A stretch of 64,000 nt of DNA from Thermoanaerobaculia bacterium (GTDB taxonomy: Bacteria; Acidobacteriota; Thermoanaerobaculia; Thermoanaerobaculales; Sulfomarinibacteraceae), in NCBI GenBank assembly GCA_027061805.1, contig JAMOWA010000008.1, positions 86 through 64,085 on the forward strand, given 5' to 3'. A program made the translations under genes and the position numbers. Within the stretch, counting starts at the first letter, position 1. Each line of letters starts with the position of its first letter. Of this stretch, positions 26,456 through 35,263 are shown piece by piece. The notes under the pieces are model-generated. The model saw nothing but the letters and a program-made list of their open reading frames with translations. It searched no databases and was not told the origin of the DNA.

Positions 26456-27903
26456 CAGTGGCCGCGGACGACCACTTCGCCTACATCTTTGCGGCCGAGC
26501 TCCACGAGCGCCTCCGCTGGTTCATCACGCTGCGCTGGATGGCCGTGGCCGGTCTGGCGGTGGGCTCGCTGGTCGGTCCCCGGATGGGTCTGGAGTCGGT
26601 CTGGCCGAGCCTCTTCGTGGTGGCCCTCTTCGTGGCGGCCTACAACCTGTACTTCAGCTGGCGCCTGGGGGGGCGGTCGGGCCAGGAGCGTCCGCTCGGG
26701 GGCCTGAGGCACTGCGCCATCCGGCAGATGGTGATGGACCTGGCGGCGCTGATCGTGGGCGTCCACTTCACCGGGGGCCTCCAGAGCCCCCTGCTGCCGT
26801 TCTTCGCCTTCCACATGGCCATCGGGACCATCGTGCTGTCCACGCGCCTCATGTACCTCATCGCGGGGTGCACCTCGCTGGCCATGCTCCTGCTCTACAT
26901 TCTCGAAGAGAACGGGGTCCTCCGGTACCATCCGCTCGATCCCCTCCACGGCATCTGCAGCCGGGCCTGCTACCTCAACATGGTCAGCTTCGTCATGGCG
27001 CTCTTCGGGATCGTCTATCTCACGGATTCGGTCACCGGCCGGTTCAAGGAGCGGAACATCAAGCTCCACGAGGCCAAGGCGGCGCTCCAGGAACGGACCG
27101 AGGAGCTCCAGCAGCTGCTGGACGAGATCGCGGAGGTGGAGGAGCGGAAGTCCCACTACATGAGGATCTCCGCCCACCAGCTGCGTTCCCCCCTGGGTAC
27201 GGTGAAGACCTCCCTCATGGTCCTGACCCAGGGTTACGTGGACCCGGGATCGGAGCGGGGCCGCAAGCTCCTGGAGGGTGCCATCGAGCGCGTGGACGGG
27301 CTCCTGCGGATCGTCAACGATCTGCTGGAGCTCGCCAAGATCCGGGAGGGGCGGAACCGGGCACCGTGGGCACGCGGCGTCAACCTGAACCAGCTCGTGG
27401 CGGACATCTTCGACGCGGTATCGCCCCTGGCCGACGAGCGGGAAATCCGGCTGGTCCCCCTGGTGGAGGGGGTGGCCGTCCTGGACTGGGGGATCCCTCC
27501 CGACCTGGTCTTCGCCCTCGAGAACCTGGTCCAGAACGCCATCAAGTACTCGCTCCCCGGCGGACAGGTGACGGTGGGGCTCCGGGTGACCGGGGGCGGG
27601 GAGGCCGTGCTCACCGTGGAGGACCAGGGAATTGGCATTCCCGAAGAGTTCGTGGAGCAGGTGATGGACGAGTTCGTCCGGGCCCCCAATGCGAAGGCCC
27701 ACGCCGCAGAGGGGACCGGACTCGGGCTCTCCATCGTGCGGGAGGTGGTGGAGGCCCACGGGGGGCGGATCACCGTCCGGAGCGTGGAAGGCGAGGGCAG
27801 CACCTTCACTGTTACGCTGCCGTTGCATCACCGTCCCCCGGAGGTGGAAGCCTTGTTACACGACGGTAACGATGGCGGTTACCAGACACCTACGGGGTCG
27901 TGA
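26452..27903 (+). CDS. Membrane sensor histidine kinase (multi-TM N-terminus, HisKA + HATPase_c)
   Basis: H-box ISAHQLRSPLG. N/G boxes NLVQNAIKYS, DQGIGIP and GTGLGLSIV. About 5-6 TM helices at the N-terminus. GTGA overlap with the receiver gene. Confidence 0.85.
   Translation: MTVAADDHFAYIFAAELHERLRWFITLRWMAVAGLAVGSLVGPRMGLESVWPSLFVVALFVAAYNLYFSWRLGGRSGQERPLGGLRHCAIRQMVMDLAALIVGVHFTGGLQSPLLPFFAFHMAIGTIVLSTRLMYLIAGCTSLAMLLLYILEENGVLRYHPLDPLHGICSRACYLNMVSFVMALFGIVYLTDSVTGRFKERNIKLHEAKAALQERTEELQQLLDEIAEVEERKSHYMRISAHQLRSPLGTVKTSLMVLTQGYVDPGSERGRKLLEGAIERVDGLLRIVNDLLELAKIREGRNRAPWARGVNLNQLVADIFDAVSPLADEREIRLVPLVEGVAVLDWGIPPDLVFALENLVQNAIKYSLPGGQVTVGLRVTGGGEAVLTVEDQGIGIPEEFVEQVMDEFVRAPNAKAHAAEGTGLGLSIVREVVEAHGGRITVRSVEGEGSTFTVTLPLHHRPPEVEALLHDGNDGGYQTPTGS
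27855..27882. promoter_or_regulatory. GTTAC-N6-GTAAC palindrome (copy 2) plus an extra GTTAC half-site
   Basis: GTTACacgacgGTAAC (27855-27870), then gatggcgGTTAC (to 27882). Inside the 3' end of the kinase gene, about 106 bp upstream of P2. Confidence 0.6.
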
Positions 27904-27975
27904 GGCGCCCGCCAGCATTCACTCCTGGATACTCCTAATCCATTGAGGATCAGTTGGTTGCCGCTGCGAATGGAG

Positions 27976-27991
27976 TGGTATGTCCCTTGCA
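27976..27991 (+). promoter_or_regulatory. Candidate sigma54 promoter P2
   Basis: TGGTATGtcccTTGCA, canonical GG-N10-GC spacing, 62 bp upstream of the rhodanese ATG. Confidence 0.65.
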
Positions 27992-28052
27992 ACCGGGTGG
28001 AACAAGCGGAGGGTTCCTCCGCCGTGTGGGAAACCAGCAAAGGAGGACGGAC

Positions 28053-29033
28053 ATGAAGCATGGATCGAGTTCGAGGTTGGTGACGGTCGTGGCACTGCTG
28101 CTCGTGGTCGGGCTTGCGATGCCGGCCCTGGCGGGCAACGGCTACAAGGGGTTTGCCAGGGGCGAGGCCCTGATCACGGTCAAGGAGCTGAAGTCACTCA
28201 TGGACGCCAAGGATCCGAAGCTCGTGATCCTGGCGGTGGCGAAGACCACGGACTACCGGCTGGGCCACATCCCCGGGGCGTTCCAGATCTGGCGGCCGGA
28301 CTACGAGCCCAAGGAGGGGGTGGAGTTCCCCTACGAGGGCATGGCCCTGGACCGCGAGGACTTCCAGGCCTTCGTGCGGAAGTTCGGGATCGACAACGAC
28401 TCCAAGGTCGTGATCTACGACCACAAGTACGACGCCACGCGCGTGTGGTGGATGTTCTACCTCTACGGGAAGACCGACTGCCGGGTCCTCGACGGTGGCT
28501 ACCAGGCCTGGAAGAAGGCGGGCTACGACACCGACATCCTGGCGCCGGATCTCCCCAAGGAGCCCGGCACCTTCACGGCCTCCGCCGCTCTCCCGGGCTG
28601 GTCCGTCAGCGTCACCACCATCTGGCGCTGCAAGACCTCGGACGACTACCAGCTCTGGGACACCCGGGGCACGAAGGAGTGGACGGGCGAGAAGCTCAAG
28701 AAGGGGGCCTATGCCAAGGGCCGTATCCCCTGGGCCAAGCACTGCAACTGGCCCAACTTCAAGAAGCCCGTCACCGAGGGCGGCAAGGCCACCGAGTTCA
28801 AGACCGCCGCGGAGATCCAGAAGGTCATCGAGAAGTTCGGCATGGACAAGAACAAGCACCAGGTCTTCTACTGCCAGTCGGGCGTGCGGACCACCACCGA
28901 GATGTTCGCTCTCTACCTGATGGGCTGGGATCCGGCCCAGCTCCACAACTACGACGGGTCCTGGATCGAGTGGAGCTACTACCACAAGAACCTGCCGGAC
29001 TCCGGTGCGATCCTGTGCGAGGCCTGCAAGTGA
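28053..29033 (+). CDS. Secreted tandem-rhodanese sulfurtransferase (thiosulfate/3-mercaptopyruvate sulfurtransferase family) with C-terminal CEAC tail
   Basis: ATG 28053 after AGGAGG. Signal peptide MKHGSSSRLVTVVALLLVVGLAMPALA. Two rhodanese repeats. Active-site loop YCQSGVRT. Ends ..AILCEACK. Confidence 0.85.
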   Translation: MKHGSSSRLVTVVALLLVVGLAMPALAGNGYKGFARGEALITVKELKSLMDAKDPKLVILAVAKTTDYRLGHIPGAFQIWRPDYEPKEGVEFPYEGMALDREDFQAFVRKFGIDNDSKVVIYDHKYDATRVWWMFYLYGKTDCRVLDGGYQAWKKAGYDTDILAPDLPKEPGTFTASAALPGWSVSVTTIWRCKTSDDYQLWDTRGTKEWTGEKLKKGAYAKGRIPWAKHCNWPNFKKPVTEGGKATEFKTAAEIQKVIEKFGMDKNKHQVFYCQSGVRTTTEMFALYLMGWDPAQLHNYDGSWIEWSYYHKNLPDSGAILCEACK

Positions 29034-29123
29034 CCACATGATCTCCGATCCCCCGGGGCCCGGCCGGGTCCCGGGGGGCCGTGCCTCCCGGCCGCCGGGG
29101 GGCGGATTTCGAGGGGGCGAAGC

Positions 29124-29882
29124 ATGAACAACGACGAAGTCACCGGGACAACTCCATCCAAGGGCAGGCCCTGGGTGAAGCTTGTGGTGGTCGTGGCGGC
29201 CATCGTGGTGCTGATCCTTCTGGCCAACCATTTCGGCGTGTTCGACATGCTCAAGGAGGGCACGCTCAAGGAGCGGGTGGAACGGCTGGACGCCTTCTTC
29301 CAGGGGATGGGGCCGTGGGCACCCGTGGCGTTCATCCTCATCTGGATCGTGGCCTGCGTCCTGCTGCTGCCGGGATTGCCCATCTCCATCGTCGGCGGCC
29401 TGATCTTCGGTGCCCTGTGGGGGTCCGTCTGGACCACGGTCGGGGCGAACCTCGGAGCCGCCGCGGCGTTTCTCATCGGGAGGTACGCGGCCAGGGACAT
29501 GGTGGCAGGATGGGTTCGGAAGAACCCGACCCTGAGGAAGATCGACGAGGGGGTGAAGAAGCAGGGCTGGCGGATGCTCATGATCACCCGGCTGGTGCCC
29601 ATCTTCCCCTTCAACATCCAGAACTACGTCTACGGGCTCACGGACATCCCCTTCAGGACCTACGTCCTGGTGACCTTTCCCTGCATGATTCCGGCCACCA
29701 TCGCCTTCAACTTCGCGGCGGGGTCGGCCCGGGAGGTGATCCTCTCGGGAGGGCAGCCGGACGCGGTCAAGAAGACCATGATCTACCTGGCCATTGCGGC
29801 CGTCTTCTTCGTCCTGCTGTCCCTCATCCCCAACTGGGTGAAGAAGCGGTACGCCAAGGAGGACCTGCTCCAGGAGCAGTAG
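29124..29882 (+). CDS. TVP38/TMEM64 (DedA-related) family membrane protein
   Basis: 252 aa, multi-TM. GANLGAAAAFLIGRY and RLVPIFPFNIQNY segments, typical of the TVP38/SNARE-associated family. Confidence 0.75.
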   Translation: MNNDEVTGTTPSKGRPWVKLVVVVAAIVVLILLANHFGVFDMLKEGTLKERVERLDAFFQGMGPWAPVAFILIWIVACVLLLPGLPISIVGGLIFGALWGSVWTTVGANLGAAAAFLIGRYAARDMVAGWVRKNPTLRKIDEGVKKQGWRMLMITRLVPIFPFNIQNYVYGLTDIPFRTYVLVTFPCMIPATIAFNFAAGSAREVILSGGQPDAVKKTMIYLAIAAVFFVLLSLIPNWVKKRYAKEDLLQEQ

Positions 29883-29910
29883 GCCGGCGAACAACGTGGA
29901 GAGGCCATCC

Positions 29911-29942
29911 GGGGGGACGCCGAGGCGTCCCCCCCTTGTTGT
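29911..29942 (+). terminator. Rho-independent terminator after the rhodanese/TVP38 unit
   Basis: 10-bp perfect stem ggggggacgc/gcgtcccccc, loop cgag, followed by cTTGTTGT. Confidence 0.7.
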
Positions 29943-29976
29943 CCGGGTCGCGCCGGTGGTCCTGGGATCATGCCGG

Positions 29977-29992
29977 GTTACGATCCGGTAAC
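29977..29992. promoter_or_regulatory. GTTAC-N6-GTAAC palindrome (copy 3)
   Basis: GTTACgatccgGTAAC, within a direct repeat ACGATCCGGT x2, about 129 bp upstream of P3. Confidence 0.6.
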
Positions 29993-30120
29993 GATCCGGT
30001 GGACGGGTGGTGTTGCCGGCGTGGCCTCGCCGACGTGTGAACGTCGCTCAACCCCCTGACATCACGCGGGATCCGCCACCGGGTCGATCTCGTGATACGG
30101 GAACCGGTCCGGTGTCGTGA

Positions 30121-30136
30121 CGGCACGAATCTTGCT
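30121..30136 (+). promoter_or_regulatory. Candidate sigma54 promoter P3
   Basis: CGGCACGaatcTTGCT, 54 bp upstream of ATG 30190. Confidence 0.65.
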
Positions 30137-30189
30137 CAAGTGTTCTGTGGAGCACTGGAACAAGACCCGTATCGGGCGAGGGAGGTGCG

Positions 30190-31089
30190 ATGACGAGCAC
30201 GCTGGTACTCCCATGGGTGGCGCTGGTCCTGGTGGTCTTCGTGGCCGGGTCGATCTGGCGGGCCTGGCGGTACGCTCGGGCCCCCATGCACCTCAGGTGG
30301 GACCTCTATCCGGTGGCCCACGAGCCGGCTCCCCGGAGGGACCACGGGGGCTCCTACCTCGAGGAGAGGGAATGGTGGACCAGGCCCCGTGAGAGAAGCC
30401 TCCTGGGAGAGGCCGTCTTCATGGCCGAGGAGATCCTCTTCCTGAAGGGGGTCCGGGCCAACAACCGCCGCCTCTGGTGGGGCTCGTTTCCATTCCACTG
30501 GGGGCTCTACCTCCTGGTGCTCACCACGGTGGGGATCTTCCTGGGTGTGGCCGGCTGGCGGCTGCCCCTGGATTCGGGCCTCCTCTCCCTCGGGGCGCTC
30601 ACGGGTGGCGGCCTGGTGCTGGCGGGGTCGGTGATCCTGCTCGTCCTCAGGAGCACCGATCCGAAGCTCAGGCCCTACACCGCACCGGTGGACCGGCTCA
30701 ACCTGCTGTTCCTCGCCCTCTTCGGGGCCCTGTGCGTCGGGGTGGCCGTCCGGTACGGCCTGGGGCACGTGGTGACCGTCCTGTCGGGGGTCCTGCGGGG
30801 TCACGAGGTCCGGGTGGGCCGGCTGCTGGCGGCCCAGATGGCGGTGGGTGGCCTGTTCCTCATGTACATGCCGTTCACGCGGATGGTGCACTTCTTCGCC
30901 AAGTACTTCACCTATCACGATGTCCGGTGGGACGACACGCCCATGGAGCCGGGGAGCCCGCTGGCCGACCGGCTCGCCGCGGCCCTGAACTACGGCGTCG
31001 ACTGGTCCGCCGGGCACGTGAGGACCGGGAAGACCTGGGCCGAGGTGGCGACCACGCTGCCCGATGAGGAGAAGGGGGGGAAGGCCTGA
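30190..31089 (+). CDS. DsrM-like (NarI/HdrE-type) membrane heme-b subunit, module 1
   Basis: 299 aa, multi-TM. NarI-like pattern with conserved His in TM helices (FPFHWGLY, MVHFFAKY). TGATG overlap with the following DsrK-like gene. Confidence 0.75.
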   Translation: MTSTLVLPWVALVLVVFVAGSIWRAWRYARAPMHLRWDLYPVAHEPAPRRDHGGSYLEEREWWTRPRERSLLGEAVFMAEEILFLKGVRANNRRLWWGSFPFHWGLYLLVLTTVGIFLGVAGWRLPLDSGLLSLGALTGGGLVLAGSVILLVLRSTDPKLRPYTAPVDRLNLLFLALFGALCVGVAVRYGLGHVVTVLSGVLRGHEVRVGRLLAAQMAVGGLFLMYMPFTRMVHFFAKYFTYHDVRWDDTPMEPGSPLADRLAAALNYGVDWSAGHVRTGKTWAEVATTLPDEEKGGKA

Positions 31090-32702
31090 TGGAGAACGCT
31101 CCGAGACCTGCGAGCCGGGAGGAGCTCAACCGTTTCCTGACCGAGCACGAGGGCGTGGACCCGAGGCGGCTGGTGCCGTTGCCCTTTCCCTACGAGGACT
31201 GGGAGGACGCTCCCATTCCCGAGCTGAGCGAGGACAAGCGGAGCCGCATCGAGGTGGGGCCGGACGGGGTCGCGGCGGCCCAGATCAAGGTGCCCGCGGA
31301 CGACGAGGAGAGGGACCGGCGGGTGGCGGCGTTCCTGGAGGGGCTGGCCAAGCTCTTCACGAAGGAGAACAACTGGACCTTCCTCCAGCCGCTCATGCTC
31401 TCCATGGAGAACTGCGTCAAGTGCCAGACCTGCGCCGAGGCCTGTCCCATCTACACGGGGTCCGGCAGGATGGAGGCCTATCGCCCCACCTTCAGGGCGG
31501 AGGTGCTCCGCAAGATCGTCAACCGGTACCTGAAGCCCGGCGGCCGGATCCTTCCCGGGCTCCGCGGCAACGACGTGGAGCTCAGCTGGGACGTGCTGGT
31601 CAGCCTGGCCGAGCTGTCCTACCGCTGCACCCTGTGCCGGCGCTGTGCCCAGACCTGTCCCGTGGGAGTGGACAACGCCCTCATCACGCGGGAGATCCGC
31701 AAGCTGTTCAGCCAGGAGCTCGGCATCGCCATGCCGGAGCTCCACGAGACCGGGACCATCAAGCAGCTCACCGTGGGTTCCTCCACCGGGCTCAACCCGG
31801 CGGGCCTGGCCGACATCATGGAGTTCGCCGAGGAGGACATCCAGGAGAAGACCGGCCTGGACATCACCATGCCCTTCGACGTGGAGGGTGCCGAGTACCT
31901 GGTGATGCACAATGCCGGCGAGTTCCTGTCCTGGCCCGAGAACCTCCAGGCCTTCGCCATCATCCTGGAGCTCGCGGGGGTGAGCTGGACCCTCTCCTCC
32001 GAGCTGGTGGGCTACGACTCGGTGAACTACGGCCTGTTCTACGACGACGTGCAGTACTCCCGCATCGCGCTGAAGCACTACGAGGTGGCCAGGAAGCTGG
32101 GGGTCAGGAAGATGATGGTGGGCGAGTGCGGCCACGCCCACAAGGCGCTGATGCCCATCGCCGACCGGCTGATTCCCGAGCAGCTCAGGGTCCGGACGGA
32201 GAGCTGCCTGGTGGTGCTCGAGGACATCGTGGTCAACGAGAAGATCCTGCTCGACCCCTCGCGGAACGACTTCCCGGTGACCCTCCACGATCCCTGCAAC
32301 ATCACCCGGTCCATGGGGATCGTCGAGCCCCAGAGGAAGATCCTCCGCAAGATCGCCCCGAGGTTCCGGGAGATGGAGCCGCACGGGGTCCACAACTACT
32401 GCTGCGGCGGGGGCTCGGGATTCGCCATCTGCCAGTCGATGAACTTCCCGGACTGGAGGACGAGGGTCTCGGGCCGCCTCAAGTTCCGCCAGATCCTCGA
32501 GGCGTTCTCGGACTGCATCGAGCCGGAGACGCCCAAGTACGTGTGCGCACCGTGCTCCAACTGCAAGGGGCAGATGCGGGATCTCCTCAACTACTACGAG
32601 GCCTGGGACCGCTGCGGGATCCTCTACGGCGGCCTGGTGGAGCTCATCGTCAACGCCATGGTGGACGTGCGCGAGGGCTTCGTGGAATGGGAGATGCACT
32701 GA
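31089..32702 (+). CDS. DsrK-like (HdrD-type) Fe-S/CCG-domain subunit, module 1
   Basis: CVKCQTCAEACP and CTLCRRCAQTCP ferredoxin motifs. CCG domain HNYCCGGGSG. About 95-aa N-terminal extension. Confidence 0.8.
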   Translation: MENAPRPASREELNRFLTEHEGVDPRRLVPLPFPYEDWEDAPIPELSEDKRSRIEVGPDGVAAAQIKVPADDEERDRRVAAFLEGLAKLFTKENNWTFLQPLMLSMENCVKCQTCAEACPIYTGSGRMEAYRPTFRAEVLRKIVNRYLKPGGRILPGLRGNDVELSWDVLVSLAELSYRCTLCRRCAQTCPVGVDNALITREIRKLFSQELGIAMPELHETGTIKQLTVGSSTGLNPAGLADIMEFAEEDIQEKTGLDITMPFDVEGAEYLVMHNAGEFLSWPENLQAFAIILELAGVSWTLSSELVGYDSVNYGLFYDDVQYSRIALKHYEVARKLGVRKMMVGECGHAHKALMPIADRLIPEQLRVRTESCLVVLEDIVVNEKILLDPSRNDFPVTLHDPCNITRSMGIVEPQRKILRKIAPRFREMEPHGVHNYCCGGGSGFAICQSMNFPDWRTRVSGRLKFRQILEAFSDCIEPETPKYVCAPCSNCKGQMRDLLNYYEAWDRCGILYGGLVELIVNAMVDVREGFVEWEMH

Positions 32703-32715
32703 GAAGGGGGTTGCC

Positions 32716-33558
32716 ATGGGCCTGGCCGACCTGTTGAAGCGACGTCGTGGGGGGGAGCGCCCCACGAGCCGGCGGGCGCCGGAGAGGGTGCGGGGTGAGG
32801 AGGAGCTCGTCCGGATCGCCATGGAGGACCCCGAGCTGGAGCACCGCCTCCTCGCGGTGGACCGCCTGGGGAGCCAGGACGCCCTCGAGCGGGTGGCGCT
32901 CGACGGTTCCCACCTGGACGCGAGGCTCAAGGCGGTCCGCAGGATCACGGACCAGCGGGTGCTGGCCCGCATCATGCGGGAGCGGAAGCAGCCGGACCTG
33001 ATGATGGCGTGCTTCGAGGGAATCCGCGATCCCGCGGTGCTGGAGGAGGTGGCCAGGGACACCCGGCAGAGCCTCACCGCGCGGAGGATCGCCATCGACA
33101 TGTTCGCCGACCGGGACGCGCTCCTGGACATCCTCAGGTCGGTGAACGCTCCGGTGCTCAGGAGGGCGGCGGTGGAGAGGATCGGGGACCAGGACCTCCG
33201 GGCGCAGCTGGAGGCCGAGCTCGCGGCGCACCGGCCCGACGAGAACCTGGACAGGATCCTCGAGACCTACGACGCGGACGTGCTCGTGGAGTTCCTGGGG
33301 GCCTTCCGGGACTCGCCCTCCGCGGTCCGTGCGCTGGGACGGCTCGCCGGGCGTGGCGGGGAGGCCGGCGAGCACGCGGCGGTGATCCTCACCCGCCTCC
33401 TCAAGCACGCCCGTGCGGAGATCCGCAGGATCGCACTCGAGGGGCTCGCCGACACGGAGGCGTTCCCCGCGGACGTGGTGGAAGAGATGGCCGGGTCCGA
33501 TCCGGACCCCGAGGTGAGACGGCTCGCGCAGGCGGCCCTGGAGAAGGCCGACGCCTGA
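32716..33558 (+). CDS. HEAT-repeat protein
   Basis: 280 aa of repeated about 30-aa helical units (..RLLAVDRLG.., ..RRAAVERIGD.., ..RRIALEGLAD.., DPEVRRLAQAAL). Confidence 0.65.
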   Translation: MGLADLLKRRRGGERPTSRRAPERVRGEEELVRIAMEDPELEHRLLAVDRLGSQDALERVALDGSHLDARLKAVRRITDQRVLARIMRERKQPDLMMACFEGIRDPAVLEEVARDTRQSLTARRIAIDMFADRDALLDILRSVNAPVLRRAAVERIGDQDLRAQLEAELAAHRPDENLDRILETYDADVLVEFLGAFRDSPSAVRALGRLAGRGGEAGEHAAVILTRLLKHARAEIRRIALEGLADTEAFPADVVEEMAGSDPDPEVRRLAQAALEKADA

Positions 33559-33580
33559 GCGCAGGGAACAGGGAGGCACC

Positions 33581-33970
33581 ATGGGCGCCACGATTCTGGT
33601 TGTGGACGACGAGCAGGATGTCAGGACCTATCTGAGGACGCTCCTGACCAAACAGGGGTACGAGGTGGTCGCGGCCGCCGACGGGGAGGAGGGCCTGGAG
33701 GTGGCAAGAGCCCGGCGCCCGGACCTCGTCTTCCTGGACATCATGATGCCCAGGAAGACCGGGATCATGCTCTACCGGCGCCTGAAGAAGGACCCCGATC
33801 TCGGAGGGGTGCCCGTGGTGATCCTCACGGGGCTCTCCCAGTACCGGACCTTCTTCGCCCAGGACTTCGAGGAGGTTCCCCGGCCGGAGGCGTTCGTGGA
33901 GAAGCCGCCCAACCGGGAGGAGCTGCTCCGGCTGGTGGAGGAGCTGGTCTCCACCCCGGCCGGCGGCTGA
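33581..33970 (+). CDS. Stand-alone CheY-like receiver protein (no output domain)
   Basis: 129 aa. ILVVDDEQD ... LVFLDIMMP ... KP motifs. Confidence 0.85.
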   Translation: MGATILVVDDEQDVRTYLRTLLTKQGYEVVAAADGEEGLEVARARRPDLVFLDIMMPRKTGIMLYRRLKKDPDLGGVPVVILTGLSQYRTFFAQDFEEVPRPEAFVEKPPNREELLRLVEELVSTPAGG

Positions 33971-33991
33971 TCCGGCTCCGAGGGGGGAGGC

Positions 33992-35122
33992 ATGGACAGG
34001 GCCGGGGACGACGGGACCACCGTCCGGTGGAACGGACCCACGGGGGGTGAGCTGAGGGTCCAGGCCGACCGGCTCTTCGACCTGGTGCCGAGCGCCATCT
34101 CGATCCAGGACAGGAACTACAGGATCCGGAAGGTCAACGCCGCCTTCCGGCGGATGTTCGGCGAGGGCGTGGGCGAGTACTGCTACTCGGCCTACAAGGG
34201 GAGGTCCAGGGTGTGCCTGGACTGCCCCATGGCGCGCACCTTCGCCGACGGCGGCGTGCACTCCTCGGAGGAGGTGGTCCAGACCGCCGCCGGGGAGGTG
34301 CTCCACGTGACCGTCCAGACCTCGCCGATCCTGGGGCCGGACGGGAGCGTGGTGGGGGGGATGGAGGTGATGACCGACCTCTCGGGGTCCACGGCGGTGC
34401 GGCAGGAGCTGGTCCTCCTGGGTCAGGCCATGGCCGGCATGGCGCACTACATCAAGAACCTGCTCACCGGGCTCGAGGGCGGGGTCTACGTGGTGGAGGA
34501 GGCCCTCGAGGACGGTGACGAGGGGCTTCTCCAGGAGGGATGGGAGATGGTGCGCCGGAATGTGGAGCGCGTCGCCCGCCTTTCCAGGGACCAGCTGTAC
34601 TGTTCGCGCGACCGGATGCCGGAGATCCAGCTCGTGGAGGTGAACCGGCTGGTCTGCCAGTCCGCCGAGCTCTACCGGGCCCGGGCGGAGCGGGAGGGCA
34701 TCGGGCTCCACGTGGAGCTGGACGAACGGATCGGGGCGGGGTGGCTGGACCCGGAGGGCTTCGACAACCTTCTCACCAACCTGCTGTCCAACGCCCTGGA
34801 TGCCTGCCGCTTCGACACCTCGAAGGAGCGTCACTGGGTCTCGGTGAAGACCCTCCTCGAGAGTGGCGGCCAGCTCCACCTGGAGGTGGCGGACAACGGC
34901 CAGGGGATCCCCGAGAAGCTCTGCGGCGCCGTCTTCTCCGAGATGTTCACCACGAAGGGGGGCGGAGGGACCGGCCTGGGGCTCCTGGTGGTCTACAGGG
35001 TGGTCTGTGCCCACAATGGCCGGATCACCGTGATGTCCGAGGATGGCGTGGGGACGGTGTTCACCGTGATCCTCCCCCTGGCGCCCCCGGGCGAGCGGTC
35101 GATGAATGTTACCGTGGAGTAA
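33992..35122 (+). CDS. Cytoplasmic PAS-domain sensor histidine kinase
   Basis: N-terminal PAS-like region (IQDRNYRIRKVNAAF..). H-box GMAHYIKNLL. ATPase boxes NLLSNALDA, DNGQGIP and GTGLGLLVV. Confidence 0.8.
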   Translation: MDRAGDDGTTVRWNGPTGGELRVQADRLFDLVPSAISIQDRNYRIRKVNAAFRRMFGEGVGEYCYSAYKGRSRVCLDCPMARTFADGGVHSSEEVVQTAAGEVLHVTVQTSPILGPDGSVVGGMEVMTDLSGSTAVRQELVLLGQAMAGMAHYIKNLLTGLEGGVYVVEEALEDGDEGLLQEGWEMVRRNVERVARLSRDQLYCSRDRMPEIQLVEVNRLVCQSAELYRARAEREGIGLHVELDERIGAGWLDPEGFDNLLTNLLSNALDACRFDTSKERHWVSVKTLLESGGQLHLEVADNGQGIPEKLCGAVFSEMFTTKGGGGTGLGLLVVYRVVCAHNGRITVMSEDGVGTVFTVILPLAPPGERSMNVTVE

Positions 35123-35123
35123 C
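35108..35123. promoter_or_regulatory. GTTAC-N6-GTAAC palindrome (copy 4)
   Basis: GTTACcgtggaGTAAC, overlapping the kinase stop codon, about 82 bp upstream of P4. Followed by an AT-rich stretch with overlapping palindromes caatcgattg/ttgaaattcaa (35147-35164). Confidence 0.6.
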
Positions 35124-35204
35124 GCTCGATCGTTGTATTGTCTGCGCAATCGATTGAAATTCAATGGTTTTCAGGGCTTGGGCGGGGTCCGTGATCCGTG
35201 GAGA

Positions 35205-35220
35205 TGGCACGGACATTGCT
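35205..35220 (+). promoter_or_regulatory. Candidate sigma54 promoter P4
   Basis: TGGCACGgacaTTGCT, an exact match to the TGGCACG-N4-TTGCW consensus, 44 bp upstream of ATG 35264. Confidence 0.75.
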
Positions 35221-35263
35221 GATTTCTTCACCGGCGGTCCCCTGTGGGACCGGGGGAGGGAGC

